From: an uncultured Erysipelotrichaceae bacterium
GTDB lineage: Bacteria; Bacillota_I; Bacilli_A; RFN20; CAG-826
Length of the DNA: 64,000 nt
NCBI GenBank assembly: GCA_902769185.1
Contig: CACXNV010000001.1
Coordinates: 4,021-68,020 of the forward strand
Reading direction: 5' to 3'
The notes under the pieces were generated by a model. It was not told the origin of the DNA. It did no database searches and saw only the letters and a program-made list of their open reading frames with translations. A program made the translations under genes and the position numbers. Positions 40,821 to 50,501 of this stretch are shown in pieces. The number at the start of each line of letters is the position of its first letter. Positions within the stretch are counted from its first letter, which is position 1.

Positions 40821-42299
40821 ATGAAAAGAAAAAACCTATTATTTAATTCGTTAGTTGCCGTTGGTGCACTAACAATTGTTGGTTGTGGAGGTGGTGGATC
40901 TGAGCCTACTCCTACCGGACCTATTAACATTTACGTTCATTGCCAATATGGTAAAGGACCTAGAGGACTACTTGATCAGTTTGCTACTGAATTTAACACG
41001 GCTAACAAGCAATATAACGTCATTGTTGATCAAGAGATTTCTGGTACTTATAAGGATGTATTTGGTAAAGAAAAATTATTCTTACAAGACCAAGCTAGCG
41101 ACGACTGGGGAGATTTAGTTGTTTGCTATCCTGACCATGTTGTTGATTATATGATGACATTCAAGGCTGCTGCGGACTTATCTGGTCTTATTAACGATCC
41201 TGAAATTGGTATTTCTACTAAGGATATGAATGATTTTACTGAATCAGCACGTGACCAATTCTCTATTGAATTCCCAAAATCTGGTAAATACGTATTACCT
41301 TTCTCAACATCTACAGAATGTATGTTCTATAATCCTGCTGTTTTAGGTATTCAAATTGAAGGCGTTAATGGCGGAGAGCCAATTGATGAGGATTACATCA
41401 ATTCCTTAACTTGGGATGAATTTTTAGGTAATTTCGCTCCAAAATTTAAAGACTATAACGCTGGACTTGAAAAGAAAATTTGGAATCCTGACGGAAATGA
41501 AAATTATGGACTTCTTGGGGTTAGAGATGAAGATAACTTCTTTATCACTCTTTGTGAACAACATGGTTACTCATATACACACGTTGATGAAGTTACCGCT
41601 GATGCATCAATCGATTTTAACGTTAAAGGTGTTAGAGATCTAACTAAGAGATTCGCTCAAGCTAAGGCTGATCACTATTTCATTACCGATGGCTCTGTAC
41701 AAGGCGGTATTTCTAGCTGGTTTAAAACTTGTCAATGTTTATTCTACATTGGTTCTACCGGTGGTATTCAATATACTCAAACTGCTATTGAAGGCGTTGA
41801 TTGGGAAATTGAATGTGGACGTTTACCACAAGCTAGCAATGAAATTTCAAGACAAAAAATGATTTCTCAAGGTGGTTCCTGGTGCATTTTAAAACACGCT
41901 CAATATACTGAACAAAGAATTAGAGGAGCATGGCTTTTCTATAAATACATTACTGAAGAAAAACAATGCTTAAGATGGGCAGCTACTTCTGGATATTATC
42001 CAATTCGTAAGACTGTTACTTCTAAACCTGCATGGGGCAAAGTTATTGATGAATACGATGAAGATGGTAACATGAAAACTGGTATTGATTTATTAACTGC
42101 ACGTAACGCAAAATACTGTGCTACTTATGACAACATCTTATTCACAAATGATGTATTTATTGGTTCTGCATATTGTAGAGAACAAGTTGAATCTTTATTT
42201 GTTAAGATTCTTACTGCTTCTCCAGCAGAATACGGAGACGATGAATGGTTATTAAGTCAGTTCGACGCTACGGTCACTGAAATTAAGAAAAATATGTAA
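40821..42299 (+). CDS. Lipoprotein, ABC substrate-binding protein (family 1 type), copy 1
   Basis: Lipobox VGCGGGGS, a size of about 490 aa, and a position after the permeases. Confidence 0.7.
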   Translation: MKRKNLLFNSLVAVGALTIVGCGGGGSEPTPTGPINIYVHCQYGKGPRGLLDQFATEFNTANKQYNVIVDQEISGTYKDVFGKEKLFLQDQASDDWGDLVVCYPDHVVDYMMTFKAAADLSGLINDPEIGISTKDMNDFTESARDQFSIEFPKSGKYVLPFSTSTECMFYNPAVLGIQIEGVNGGEPIDEDYINSLTWDEFLGNFAPKFKDYNAGLEKKIWNPDGNENYGLLGVRDEDNFFITLCEQHGYSYTHVDEVTADASIDFNVKGVRDLTKRFAQAKADHYFITDGSVQGGISSWFKTCQCLFYIGSTGGIQYTQTAIEGVDWEIECGRLPQASNEISRQKMISQGGSWCILKHAQYTEQRIRGAWLFYKYITEEKQCLRWAATSGYYPIRKTVTSKPAWGKVIDEYDEDGNMKTGIDLLTARNAKYCATYDNILFTNDVFIGSAYCREQVESLFVKILTASPAEYGDDEWLLSQFDATVTEIKKNM

Positions 42300-42316
42300 T
42301 ATTGGAGGAAAATATT

Positions 42317-43807
42317 ATGAAAGCAAATAAATTATTATTACTTGCAAGTACAATTCTTGCAGCATCCACATTAGCCGGATGTGGTGGTGGTTCTAGTGAT
42401 GATGGAACTATCAAAATAACCTTTGACCATACATTTGGTGAAGGCATTGAAAAAGGCGTTGCAGCTCAATTTGCAAAATTCAAGAGCATCGTTGAGGCTC
42501 ATGATAATGTTAAACTTGAACTTATTATGCCACCTGCAATGACCTATAAGGCTATTGTTGATACTGTTGGCATGGAATTAACTACTGGTGGTCCAACTAT
42601 GACAGTTGCTTATCCTGATCACGTTGCTTCTTTACAAGCTAGAGAAGGAACTGCAGGACGTTGGATTGTGGATATGGATCCATATATGAAAAGTAGCGAA
42701 GTTGGTTTAGGTAAAGAAAGCTGGCTTGGTGAAAGACCTGCTTGGGATGAAAATGATATTATTCCTACTTATTTAAAAGAAGGCCAAGAATTTGCCAGAA
42801 CTGGTACTTATTGCTTACCATTCATGAAATCAACTGAAATTCTTCAATATAACGCTGATGTTGTTCTTCAAGCACTTGCTAAATATAGCAAAACTAAAGA
42901 AATGGATGCTACTCAAAAACAAACCTTCCTTTCAAGCATGTCATTTGAAGAAATGATGGAAATTGCTCAAATTATTGAGGATAACAAAGTTGAATTCCAA
43001 TGTCCAGACTTAGAAAACGTCGTTTTCTACGATTCTGATTCTAACATGGCGATTACTCAACTTATTCAAAATGGATTAGTTTATTCTGATTTTAAAGACG
43101 GTCAACCAATTCTTGGCTTAGACGCCAGCGAAGCTTCTATGAGTGAAAATGTTACTAGAGCTAAAACTCTTTTACAAAAAATAAGAAATTGGGGCAAATC
43201 TGGTTTATTAACCACAAAAGCCGCTTATGGTAACTACTCATCTACATCATTCAAATCTCGTAAATGTATCTTTATCGTTGGTTCATCTGGTGGTGCTGGA
43301 TATTCAGTTCCTGATGAAGGCGATTTCAATACCGGTTACGCTAGAGTCCCATATTTTGGAACCGACGCTTTACATCCTGATTATGTTAGTCAAGGTCCAA
43401 GCATTGCTTTCCTTAGAGACACCTCTGTTTCTAATGAAGTCAATGAACTTAGATTAAAATATGCTTGGAAATTCTATAAATATTTAATTATGCCAAACAC
43501 TAACGTTGCTCTTACAGTTAATGACTCTCAAGGTTATGTACCTATCAGAAAGTCTGCTTATGCAACTCCTACTTGGGGTAAAATTATTTCTCCTGATACC
43601 GAATCCGGTGAAGAAATTACTTATTACACCCACACCGCTAATGTTGTTCAATCAATTGATTATCACTTCTATAGCACCAAAGTGTTCAAAGGTAGTGATA
43701 AATATCGTGAAAATGTGACTACTGCGGTTAAAGATCTTATTAAATCTGATGATTCTATTGATGACATTTTAGCTACGCTCGTTAGAGAAACAAAGAAATT
43801 CATGTAA
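42317..43807 (+). CDS. Lipoprotein, ABC substrate-binding protein, copy 2
   Basis: Lipobox LAGCGGGSS, and a layout similar to copy 1 (LPFMKSTEILQYN compared with LPFSTSTECMFYN). GGAGG precedes the ATG at 42317. Confidence 0.7.
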   Translation: MKANKLLLLASTILAASTLAGCGGGSSDDGTIKITFDHTFGEGIEKGVAAQFAKFKSIVEAHDNVKLELIMPPAMTYKAIVDTVGMELTTGGPTMTVAYPDHVASLQAREGTAGRWIVDMDPYMKSSEVGLGKESWLGERPAWDENDIIPTYLKEGQEFARTGTYCLPFMKSTEILQYNADVVLQALAKYSKTKEMDATQKQTFLSSMSFEEMMEIAQIIEDNKVEFQCPDLENVVFYDSDSNMAITQLIQNGLVYSDFKDGQPILGLDASEASMSENVTRAKTLLQKIRNWGKSGLLTTKAAYGNYSSTSFKSRKCIFIVGSSGGAGYSVPDEGDFNTGYARVPYFGTDALHPDYVSQGPSIAFLRDTSVSNEVNELRLKYAWKFYKYLIMPNTNVALTVNDSQGYVPIRKSAYATPTWGKIISPDTESGEEITYYTHTANVVQSIDYHFYSTKVFKGSDKYRENVTTAVKDLIKSDDSIDDILATLVRETKKFM

Positions 43808-43825
43808 TCGAAAGGAGACGCTTAT

Positions 43826-45349
43826 ATGAAAATGATTAAAAAGACAATCCTAGCCGCTACAATTTCAATGCTTGGTATTGGTGTTGTATCTTGTGGTGGT
43901 GGAAATTCTCAACCAACAAAAGTCGATTATGTTCATGATGGCTCTTGTAGCTTAACTATCGACTACGAAGGTAAAGATTTCTATAAAGACGGTATTGGTC
44001 AATTTGACTTATGGACATGTATTGATGGAGATACTGCTCACTTTTCTCCATTAGTTACGTCAACTAGCCGTGCAATCGTAAAATCTCGTTTCTATGGTGT
44101 TGATACTCCTGAATCTACTGGTAGAGTTCAACCTTATGGTAAACCTGCTTCCGATTTTACTAAAAAACATTTAAAAAACGCTGCTGAAAACGGAACTATA
44201 GTCGTTGCTTGCTATAGTAACGAATATAAAGATCCAACGGCCCATAAAGATGGTAACGATCGTTATTTATCTTGTATTTGGATTAACGAAGAAAGAAAGA
44301 ATGCACCATATGATACCTTAGTAAACCTTAACTTATGGCTTGTCCAAGAAGGCTATTCAGGTATTAGCAGTCTTGATGATATGCCTGAATATAAGAGTGT
44401 CTTCTTAGCCGCTTTGTCTCAAGCTAAAGCATTAAAACTTAACATGCACTCTGGTCTTCCTGATCCAACATTTAACTATGGTGATTATGAAGAAGCCTAT
44501 ATTCCTGATATTTGCCGTGAAATTAATAAACAATTAAAAGATCCAACTTACGATAATCCTTATGATGGCAAGAAAGTAAGAATTGAAGGAACTGTTGTTG
44601 GTTATAGTGCTGGTACATTGTATATGCAAAAATATGATGACCCAGAATTTGTCAATCCTGAAACAGGCGAACACGGAGATGGAAAATATTATTCCATTAA
44701 CATCTTCTGTGGTATGCAGGTTATTCCTGGAAAATATCGTGCCTTTGGTGCAGTTTTAAGATTAAACGGACTATGCAAGGATAGCGATGAATTTGGTTTC
44801 CAAATTACTGACGTTGAGTCCCATTTCCCAAAACTAGACGATGAAGAATATTTATCTGAAAGTGATGTTAGAGTTTTAGTCCCTGCATCTCAAAATACCG
44901 AAGACCCACTTTTAATGCCTTATGTTAATTATTTAACTGCTGCAGAACTATCTCAAATCGCTACCGAAGAAGATTTATCTATCTTAAATTCTCCAGTTTC
45001 CTTAGTTAAAACTAGCGGACAAAAAGCTGAACATGAATCTGATTTAGATCCAGTTACTGTTAAAAGATGTAAACCAAATTCATTAAATAATAAATGGACT
45101 ATCCAATTATATGATGTGAAATTTGATTTATATGTAACTACCGCATTTAGAGGTGACCCTACTACTGGTGCAAACTGGGACACCGATGAAGAATGGAAAG
45201 ACAAGAGAATGGGAGTTAATCTAGGCGTTTATACCTATCACGCATTTAACGATGATGATGGTGGAAAGACCTATAATTACCAAATCGTCTTCTCTTCTGT
45301 AAATAATGGCGAATTACTTTGGTTAGATCGTCCAATCATCGGTGAATAA
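43826..45349 (+). CDS. Lipoprotein with a staphylococcal (thermo)nuclease domain plus a roughly 300-aa C-terminal extension
   Basis: Lipobox VSCGGGNS. SNase motifs: DGDTAHF and RFYGVDTPES..R..PYG..A. Confidence 0.75.
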   Translation: MKMIKKTILAATISMLGIGVVSCGGGNSQPTKVDYVHDGSCSLTIDYEGKDFYKDGIGQFDLWTCIDGDTAHFSPLVTSTSRAIVKSRFYGVDTPESTGRVQPYGKPASDFTKKHLKNAAENGTIVVACYSNEYKDPTAHKDGNDRYLSCIWINEERKNAPYDTLVNLNLWLVQEGYSGISSLDDMPEYKSVFLAALSQAKALKLNMHSGLPDPTFNYGDYEEAYIPDICREINKQLKDPTYDNPYDGKKVRIEGTVVGYSAGTLYMQKYDDPEFVNPETGEHGDGKYYSINIFCGMQVIPGKYRAFGAVLRLNGLCKDSDEFGFQITDVESHFPKLDDEEYLSESDVRVLVPASQNTEDPLLMPYVNYLTAAELSQIATEEDLSILNSPVSLVKTSGQKAEHESDLDPVTVKRCKPNSLNNKWTIQLYDVKFDLYVTTAFRGDPTTGANWDTDEEWKDKRMGVNLGVYTYHAFNDDDGGKTYNYQIVFSSVNNGELLWLDRPIIGE

Positions 45350-45358
45350 GGAGGTATC

Positions 45359-45835
45359 ATGTATTGTTATCACTGCGGATATAAAATAGATCAAAACAAG
45401 ATTGAGGCCAAAAAATCTAGTAGAGAACAATTCATTGAATCTGCCTCTTTAGATTCAAAAATCAATTATGTTTGTCCTCGTTGTGGACATTTAATTCACG
45501 AAGGCTTTGACGAAAAGGATGCAAAATCCCTTTCCGTTGCTTGCCACGCTGAATTACAAAGAGGAAGAAATGACTTGGCTAGAGGAATGTCAGCACTTAT
45601 TATTGCTATCATTCTTGGAATTACTGCCTTCATTTTCCTCTTGTTATCAAGAAAAGCTGATTTACAAATGGCCATCAGCTTTACTTGTCCTGAGTTCTGG
45701 GTTGCGGCCGTTCTCGGGCTTACTGCTGTTATCCTTATAGTGTTCGGAACGTTCTTTACTTCTCGTGGAGCAACTCGTAAAGTACGTTACACCAACCTAT
45801 TAAAAGAGATAAATCAAAAAACTTTCGTTCAATAA
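45359..45835 (+). CDS. Zinc-ribbon membrane protein
   Basis: CYHCG...CPRCG followed by two or three TM helices. It starts 9 nt after the nuclease gene. Confidence 0.5.
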   Translation: MYCYHCGYKIDQNKIEAKKSSREQFIESASLDSKINYVCPRCGHLIHEGFDEKDAKSLSVACHAELQRGRNDLARGMSALIIAIILGITAFIFLLLSRKADLQMAISFTCPEFWVAAVLGLTAVILIVFGTFFTSRGATRKVRYTNLLKEINQKTFVQ

Positions 45836-45889
45836 GTTTATAAAATTGAACAAAATCCAATTTCAAAATTTCTAAAAAGGAGGAAAAAC

Positions 45890-48133
45890 ATGAAAAAAGG
45901 ATTTGTATTTACTGCCTCACTTGCTGCACTCACGTTGGGCTTGGTCGCATGTGGTGGCGGTGGTGGTTCTAACGTCCCTGATGTTAAAATCACAAACAAA
46001 GCTGAACTTCAACTCGATTGGTATGTCGAAGATGATGACCGCGGCATCACTATGCAAATTGAAGGCGTAAGAATTTCTGACGCTATTGATGCTGGTGACT
46101 TAGTTGTTACTTCTAGTAATCCTGCTGTTGCTTCTATCGACCAAACCACATTTAGAAAAGTTCACGCTGAAGGTGCTGGTAAAACCACAATTTCTGCCGT
46201 TTATAAGAATGCGAAATCTGATTCTGTAGAAATCGAAGTTAAATCAAGACCTACTTATAGAGTTGCAACAACTCTTGATCCTGAAAAGGATGATTACAAA
46301 TTAAGATGGTATATTGGACCAAAAGCGTACTATGCTGCTGGTACAAAAGGCCAAGTTGATACCAAGAGCCCATACTATCTAGATCCTGCTGAAAATCTTG
46401 ATACTGCCATGGATTTATCTGTTGCTGTTGAAGATGTTGAAGGCGATTACAAATATTCAATTACCTTCTCTAACGGTAGCACTATCGGACAAAAAAGAGA
46501 TGCTTCTCACTGCAATATCGGATTTACCAGTGAAACTGGTTATGCCAAAACTTTATTTAAATTAAATTCTGACTATTCATTATCTTGTCTTATCCCTGTT
46601 GGTGAATCTGCTCCAACCGCAGCTGATGAATATTTCTTAGCTGTTTATGGTGGCACTAATACAAAACGTCTTGCCTTCCAAAAAGGCACAGGCATCCCTG
46701 CTGTTGGTTATGCAAGAATTATTGAATTAGGTGATCCAATTCCTGCTACTAGTGTTACACTTAGCGAAACTGAATTAACATTAAAAGATGGTCAAGCTGC
46801 TAAATTAACCGCTACCATCGAACCAGCAATCTCAACTGACGTGGTTTCTTGGGAATCAAGTGCTCCAACCACTGCTTATGTTGAAGATGGCAGAATTTGG
46901 GCTTTAAAAGAAGGCGAAGCTACTATTACCGCAACTGCTGGTAAAGTCTCTGCTTCCTGTAAAGTTACTATCTCTGGTGCCTTAAATTATGGTAGTGAAG
47001 AAGAACCATTAACTCCAGAACAAGCCCATGATTTAATTGCTGAAAACTTTGCTGATGGTTCTCAAACCGTCAAGATGTTATATGTCCGTGGCGTTGCTGA
47101 AGCTGTTAATAAGACATATCAAAGTGGCGACAATGTCACCGTCAATTTACGTAAAACTGATGGTTCATATGAAGCCAAATATATGACCTTCTACGGTGCT
47201 TTACCAGAAGAAGGCGTTGCTACTCCTGAAGCAGATGACACAGTCGTTGCTAAAGGTTATGCAAAAGTCTATAGCAATGAATACGAATTAGCTCCAGGAA
47301 AAGCTCCTGCTGCTACAAGTAACACTAACCCATCAATTATTAGCGTTACTAAAGCCGTTCCACCAACCTTAGAAGATATCGAAATTAGTGGTGTTGCTTC
47401 TGTTAATTTATACGGCAAAACTGAAGCTCAAACAGTTCAATTGACTGCTGCACCAGTTCCTGCAAAGGCAGCTTTAGGCACAGTTAGTTGGCAATCTAGT
47501 GATGAGGCTGTCACAGTTTCTGAAGCTGGATTAGTTACTATTCCATTAGATTATGTTGCTGAAGGTGGCGATTCCAAGACTGTTACATTTACTGCTTCAA
47601 ATGGCACTGTAACCAGTTCTGAAGCCTTCTCTATCGTTGTTAAAAACGAAGAAGAAGTTGCACCTGTTGAGCCTGTAGTTTTAACAAAAGAATCTATTAC
47701 TATGCTTGACGAATCTCAATCATCAACATATGCAAAATATAATGGCGTTCACGATTTCACTGACTATGCTTTTAGTACAACTTCTGTCATGCCAAATACA
47801 TATGCTGCACAATCTCTTGATGTAATTCAATTCAAAGCTAAAGAAGGTACATTAACTTTCACAAAAGGTGCATTCACAAAAGTTACTCTTAAAGTCTATT
47901 CAACATATGATTGGGATTTAACAATTGGTGTTAATGGAAATTATGGTGATAATACTCAAATGAATGCTAATAGAGTAGAAACTGAATACTACACCGAGTC
48001 CAGTGGAAAACAATATAAAGTTTATCTTTATACATTAGAAGTTACACTCGAAGGCGCAACCGAAGGTATTACCATTACCAAACACCCAAGCAAACAAGGT
48101 GCTGGTTACGTTCAATCTATTACTCTTGCATAA
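45890..48133 (+). CDS. Large lipoprotein with bacterial Ig-like (Big_2) domains
   Basis: Lipobox VACGGGGGS. Big_2 signature segments (e.g. VTLSETELTLKDGQAAKLTATIEP...VSWESS....A.V..G.I.ALKEGEATITA). Confidence 0.7.
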   Translation: MKKGFVFTASLAALTLGLVACGGGGGSNVPDVKITNKAELQLDWYVEDDDRGITMQIEGVRISDAIDAGDLVVTSSNPAVASIDQTTFRKVHAEGAGKTTISAVYKNAKSDSVEIEVKSRPTYRVATTLDPEKDDYKLRWYIGPKAYYAAGTKGQVDTKSPYYLDPAENLDTAMDLSVAVEDVEGDYKYSITFSNGSTIGQKRDASHCNIGFTSETGYAKTLFKLNSDYSLSCLIPVGESAPTAADEYFLAVYGGTNTKRLAFQKGTGIPAVGYARIIELGDPIPATSVTLSETELTLKDGQAAKLTATIEPAISTDVVSWESSAPTTAYVEDGRIWALKEGEATITATAGKVSASCKVTISGALNYGSEEEPLTPEQAHDLIAENFADGSQTVKMLYVRGVAEAVNKTYQSGDNVTVNLRKTDGSYEAKYMTFYGALPEEGVATPEADDTVVAKGYAKVYSNEYELAPGKAPAATSNTNPSIISVTKAVPPTLEDIEISGVASVNLYGKTEAQTVQLTAAPVPAKAALGTVSWQSSDEAVTVSEAGLVTIPLDYVAEGGDSKTVTFTASNGTVTSSEAFSIVVKNEEEVAPVEPVVLTKESITMLDESQSSTYAKYNGVHDFTDYAFSTTSVMPNTYAAQSLDVIQFKAKEGTLTFTKGAFTKVTLKVYSTYDWDLTIGVNGNYGDNTQMNANRVETEYYTESSGKQYKVYLYTLEVTLEGATEGITITKHPSKQGAGYVQSITLA

Positions 48134-48155
48134 TTAATATCAAGCCTTTTATACT

Positions 48156-48179
48156 AGGGGGTCTTTGGACCTCCTTTTA
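48156..48179 (+). terminator. Operon terminator
   Basis: Stem aggggGtc / gacctcct, 8 bp with one G.U, loop tttg, followed by ttt. Confidence 0.7.
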
Positions 48180-48225
48180 TAATAGACTTTAAACTGTTAT
48201 AATTTTTAAGAGGATTTAATTTGTT

Positions 48226-48780
48226 ATGAAAGTATTAATGATTTACGCGGATGGATTTGAAGATGTTGAAGCTTTAGCGACTCGTGATGTCCTTGTAAGA
48301 GCAGGAATAAGCGTTATAGATGCAAAAATTAATGATGATGAGGAATTAGTCATTTCTAGTCATAAAGTTGCTCTAAGTGGCTTTAAAAGCTTAAAAAATA
48401 TAAATGTTGATGAATTTGAAGCAATCATTCTTCCTGGTGGAAGTAAAGGAGTTAATAATTTATTAAAATGTATAGAAGTAGATAGATTAGTAAAAGAGTT
48501 CTATGCTAAACATAAATTAGTGTGTGCAATATGCGCTGCTCCGATGGTGCTAGGTAAAAATGGATTACTATATAATAGACCTTACACTTGTTATCCAGGA
48601 TGTAATGAAGGACTTGACGGCATATATACCGGAGAGGAAGTTGTAGTAAGCGATAATATAGTGACTGCTAGAAGTATGCTTTATAGTATTCCATTTGGTT
48701 TGAAGATTATTGAACTATTATTAGATAAAGAAACATCTGATCGCGTTTATTCTCAAATTGCCGGTTTAGTTAAAAAATAA
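48226..48780 (+). CDS. DJ-1/PfpI/ThiJ family protein
   Basis: ILPGG and the nucleophile-elbow motif ICAAP; 184 aa. Confidence 0.8.
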   Translation: MKVLMIYADGFEDVEALATRDVLVRAGISVIDAKINDDEELVISSHKVALSGFKSLKNINVDEFEAIILPGGSKGVNNLLKCIEVDRLVKEFYAKHKLVCAICAAPMVLGKNGLLYNRPYTCYPGCNEGLDGIYTGEEVVVSDNIVTARSMLYSIPFGLKIIELLLDKETSDRVYSQIAGLVKK

Positions 48781-48831
48781 AATAATATTTATTATTGAAA
48801 ATGATTAATAAAATCATTATCTTTTTTGTAT

Positions 48832-50322
48832 ATGAAAAAAGAAGCGTTCGATAATAATAAATACCTTAAGATTCAAAGAGAATCTATTTTAAAACGTATT
48901 TCTAAATTCGGAGATAAACTCTATCTAGAATTTGGAGGAAAACTTTTTGATGATTATCACGCTTCTAGAGTGCTTCCTGGATTTAAGGCTGACTCTAAAC
49001 TTCAAATGTTATTAGGCATTAAAGAAAAAGTAGAGATGGTAGTGGTAGTTAACGCGAATGACATTATCTCTAACAAAGTTAGAAATGATACTTTAATTAC
49101 TTATCAAGAAGAAGTAGAAAGATTAATCGATACTTATAAAGAAGTTGGCTTATATGTTTCTAGTGTTGTCATCTCTTTTTATGAAGATAATGCCTCTATT
49201 AAAACATTTATCAACAAATTAAAAAGAAACGATATTAAAGTTTATAAACACTATAAGATTAACGGCTATCCACAAGATATACCTTTAATTGTTTCTAAAG
49301 ATGGTTTAGGAAAAAATGAATACATAAAAACTTCTAAACCTTTAGTAGTGGTCACCGCTCCTGGACCAGGAAGCGGAAAAATGGCGACTTGTTTATCTCA
49401 ACTTTATCATGACCATCAAAATGGAATTAATGCTGGATACGCTAAATATGAAACATTCCCAGTTTGGAATTTAAGTTTAAATCATCCGGTAAATTTAGCC
49501 TATGAAGCTGCGACTATTGATTTAAACGATATCAATATGATTGACCCATTCCATTTAGAAAAATATGGTGTAGCAGCAGTTAACTATAATCGAGATGTAG
49601 AAGTATTTCCATTATTAAAGAATATTTTTGAACAAATATATGGTGAATCTCCTTATTATTCTCCAACGGATATGGGGGTCAATATGGTGGGATTTGCTAT
49701 AAGCGATGATAAAAAAGTTGCGGAGGCCTGCTATAACGAAATCATTAGAAGATATTATCAAACTAAAAAGAACGTTTATTTAGGTAGATTAAACGAAGAC
49801 TCTATCGAAAAGATGGAGATCTTAATGAATAAGGCGGGAGTTAAAATTAGTGACCGAAAAGTAATTGAAGCAGCTTTAGCTGATTCTAAAAAAGAAAATG
49901 AACCTTCTATTGCCTTAGAATTACCTAACGGCAAGATTGTTGTTGGTCATCGTTCTGCTTTATTTGGTGCCTGCGCAGCGTGTTTGTTAAATGCCTTAAA
50001 GACTCTTGGCAAGATTGATAAGAAGATGTTCTTATTAATGCCGATGGTTATTGAACCTTTAAAAGAAATGAAAATTAAATATCTACATCGTAGTAATTCA
50101 CGCTTAAGAGCTGAAGAAGTATTACTAGCTTTATCCATCCAATCTAAAACTAATCCATTAGCGGATCAGGCCTTAAAACAACTCCCTAAATTAGTTGGCT
50201 GTGAGGCTCATTCTTCTACTTTATTAAGCGAAGTTGATTTACAAACTTTGACTAGACTTGGAATTAGAGTTACTGAAGAGCCAGTTTCCTATAAGAAAAA
50301 GTTATACACTAAAAATTCATAA
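48832..50322 (+). CDS. UPF0371/DUF1846 family protein
   Basis: FDNNKYLKIQRESILKRI...GGKLFDDYHASRVLPGF matches the conserved N-terminus of this family; about 497 aa. Confidence 0.7.
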   Translation: MKKEAFDNNKYLKIQRESILKRISKFGDKLYLEFGGKLFDDYHASRVLPGFKADSKLQMLLGIKEKVEMVVVVNANDIISNKVRNDTLITYQEEVERLIDTYKEVGLYVSSVVISFYEDNASIKTFINKLKRNDIKVYKHYKINGYPQDIPLIVSKDGLGKNEYIKTSKPLVVVTAPGPGSGKMATCLSQLYHDHQNGINAGYAKYETFPVWNLSLNHPVNLAYEAATIDLNDINMIDPFHLEKYGVAAVNYNRDVEVFPLLKNIFEQIYGESPYYSPTDMGVNMVGFAISDDKKVAEACYNEIIRRYYQTKKNVYLGRLNEDSIEKMEILMNKAGVKISDRKVIEAALADSKKENEPSIALELPNGKIVVGHRSALFGACAACLLNALKTLGKIDKKMFLLMPMVIEPLKEMKIKYLHRSNSRLRAEEVLLALSIQSKTNPLADQALKQLPKLVGCEAHSSTLLSEVDLQTLTRLGIRVTEEPVSYKKKLYTKNS

Positions 50323-50325
50323 TTA

Positions 50326-50349
50326 ATGTCTCGTGAGGGACATTTTTTA
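50326..50349 (+). terminator. Rho-independent terminator
   Basis: Stem atgtctc / gggacat with loop gtga, followed by T6. Confidence 0.65.
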
Positions 50350-50390
50350 TTTGATATATATTTATATATTGTTAAAATAATAACGTATTC

Positions 50391-50497
50391 CAATAGGGGA
50401 GTAGTGAATCTATGAATTCGTCAACACGACTAGCGATAGTCCGGATCATAGACCGATTAGGAACAAGACCTTTGAGAAAATAACATTTTTTCGGAGG
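50391..50497 (+). promoter_or_regulatory. Probable yybP-ykoY (Mn2+) riboswitch with an RBS-sequestering expression platform
   Basis: 5' CAAUAGGGGAGUAGUG and 3' AACAAGACCUUUG match the two conserved strands of the family (compare AAAGGGGAGUAGCG ... AGCAAGACCUUUCC). The hairpin CCUUUGAGAAAA-UAACA-UUUUUUCGGAGG occludes the SD sequence. Confidence 0.65.
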
Positions 50498-50501
50498 CAT
50501 T

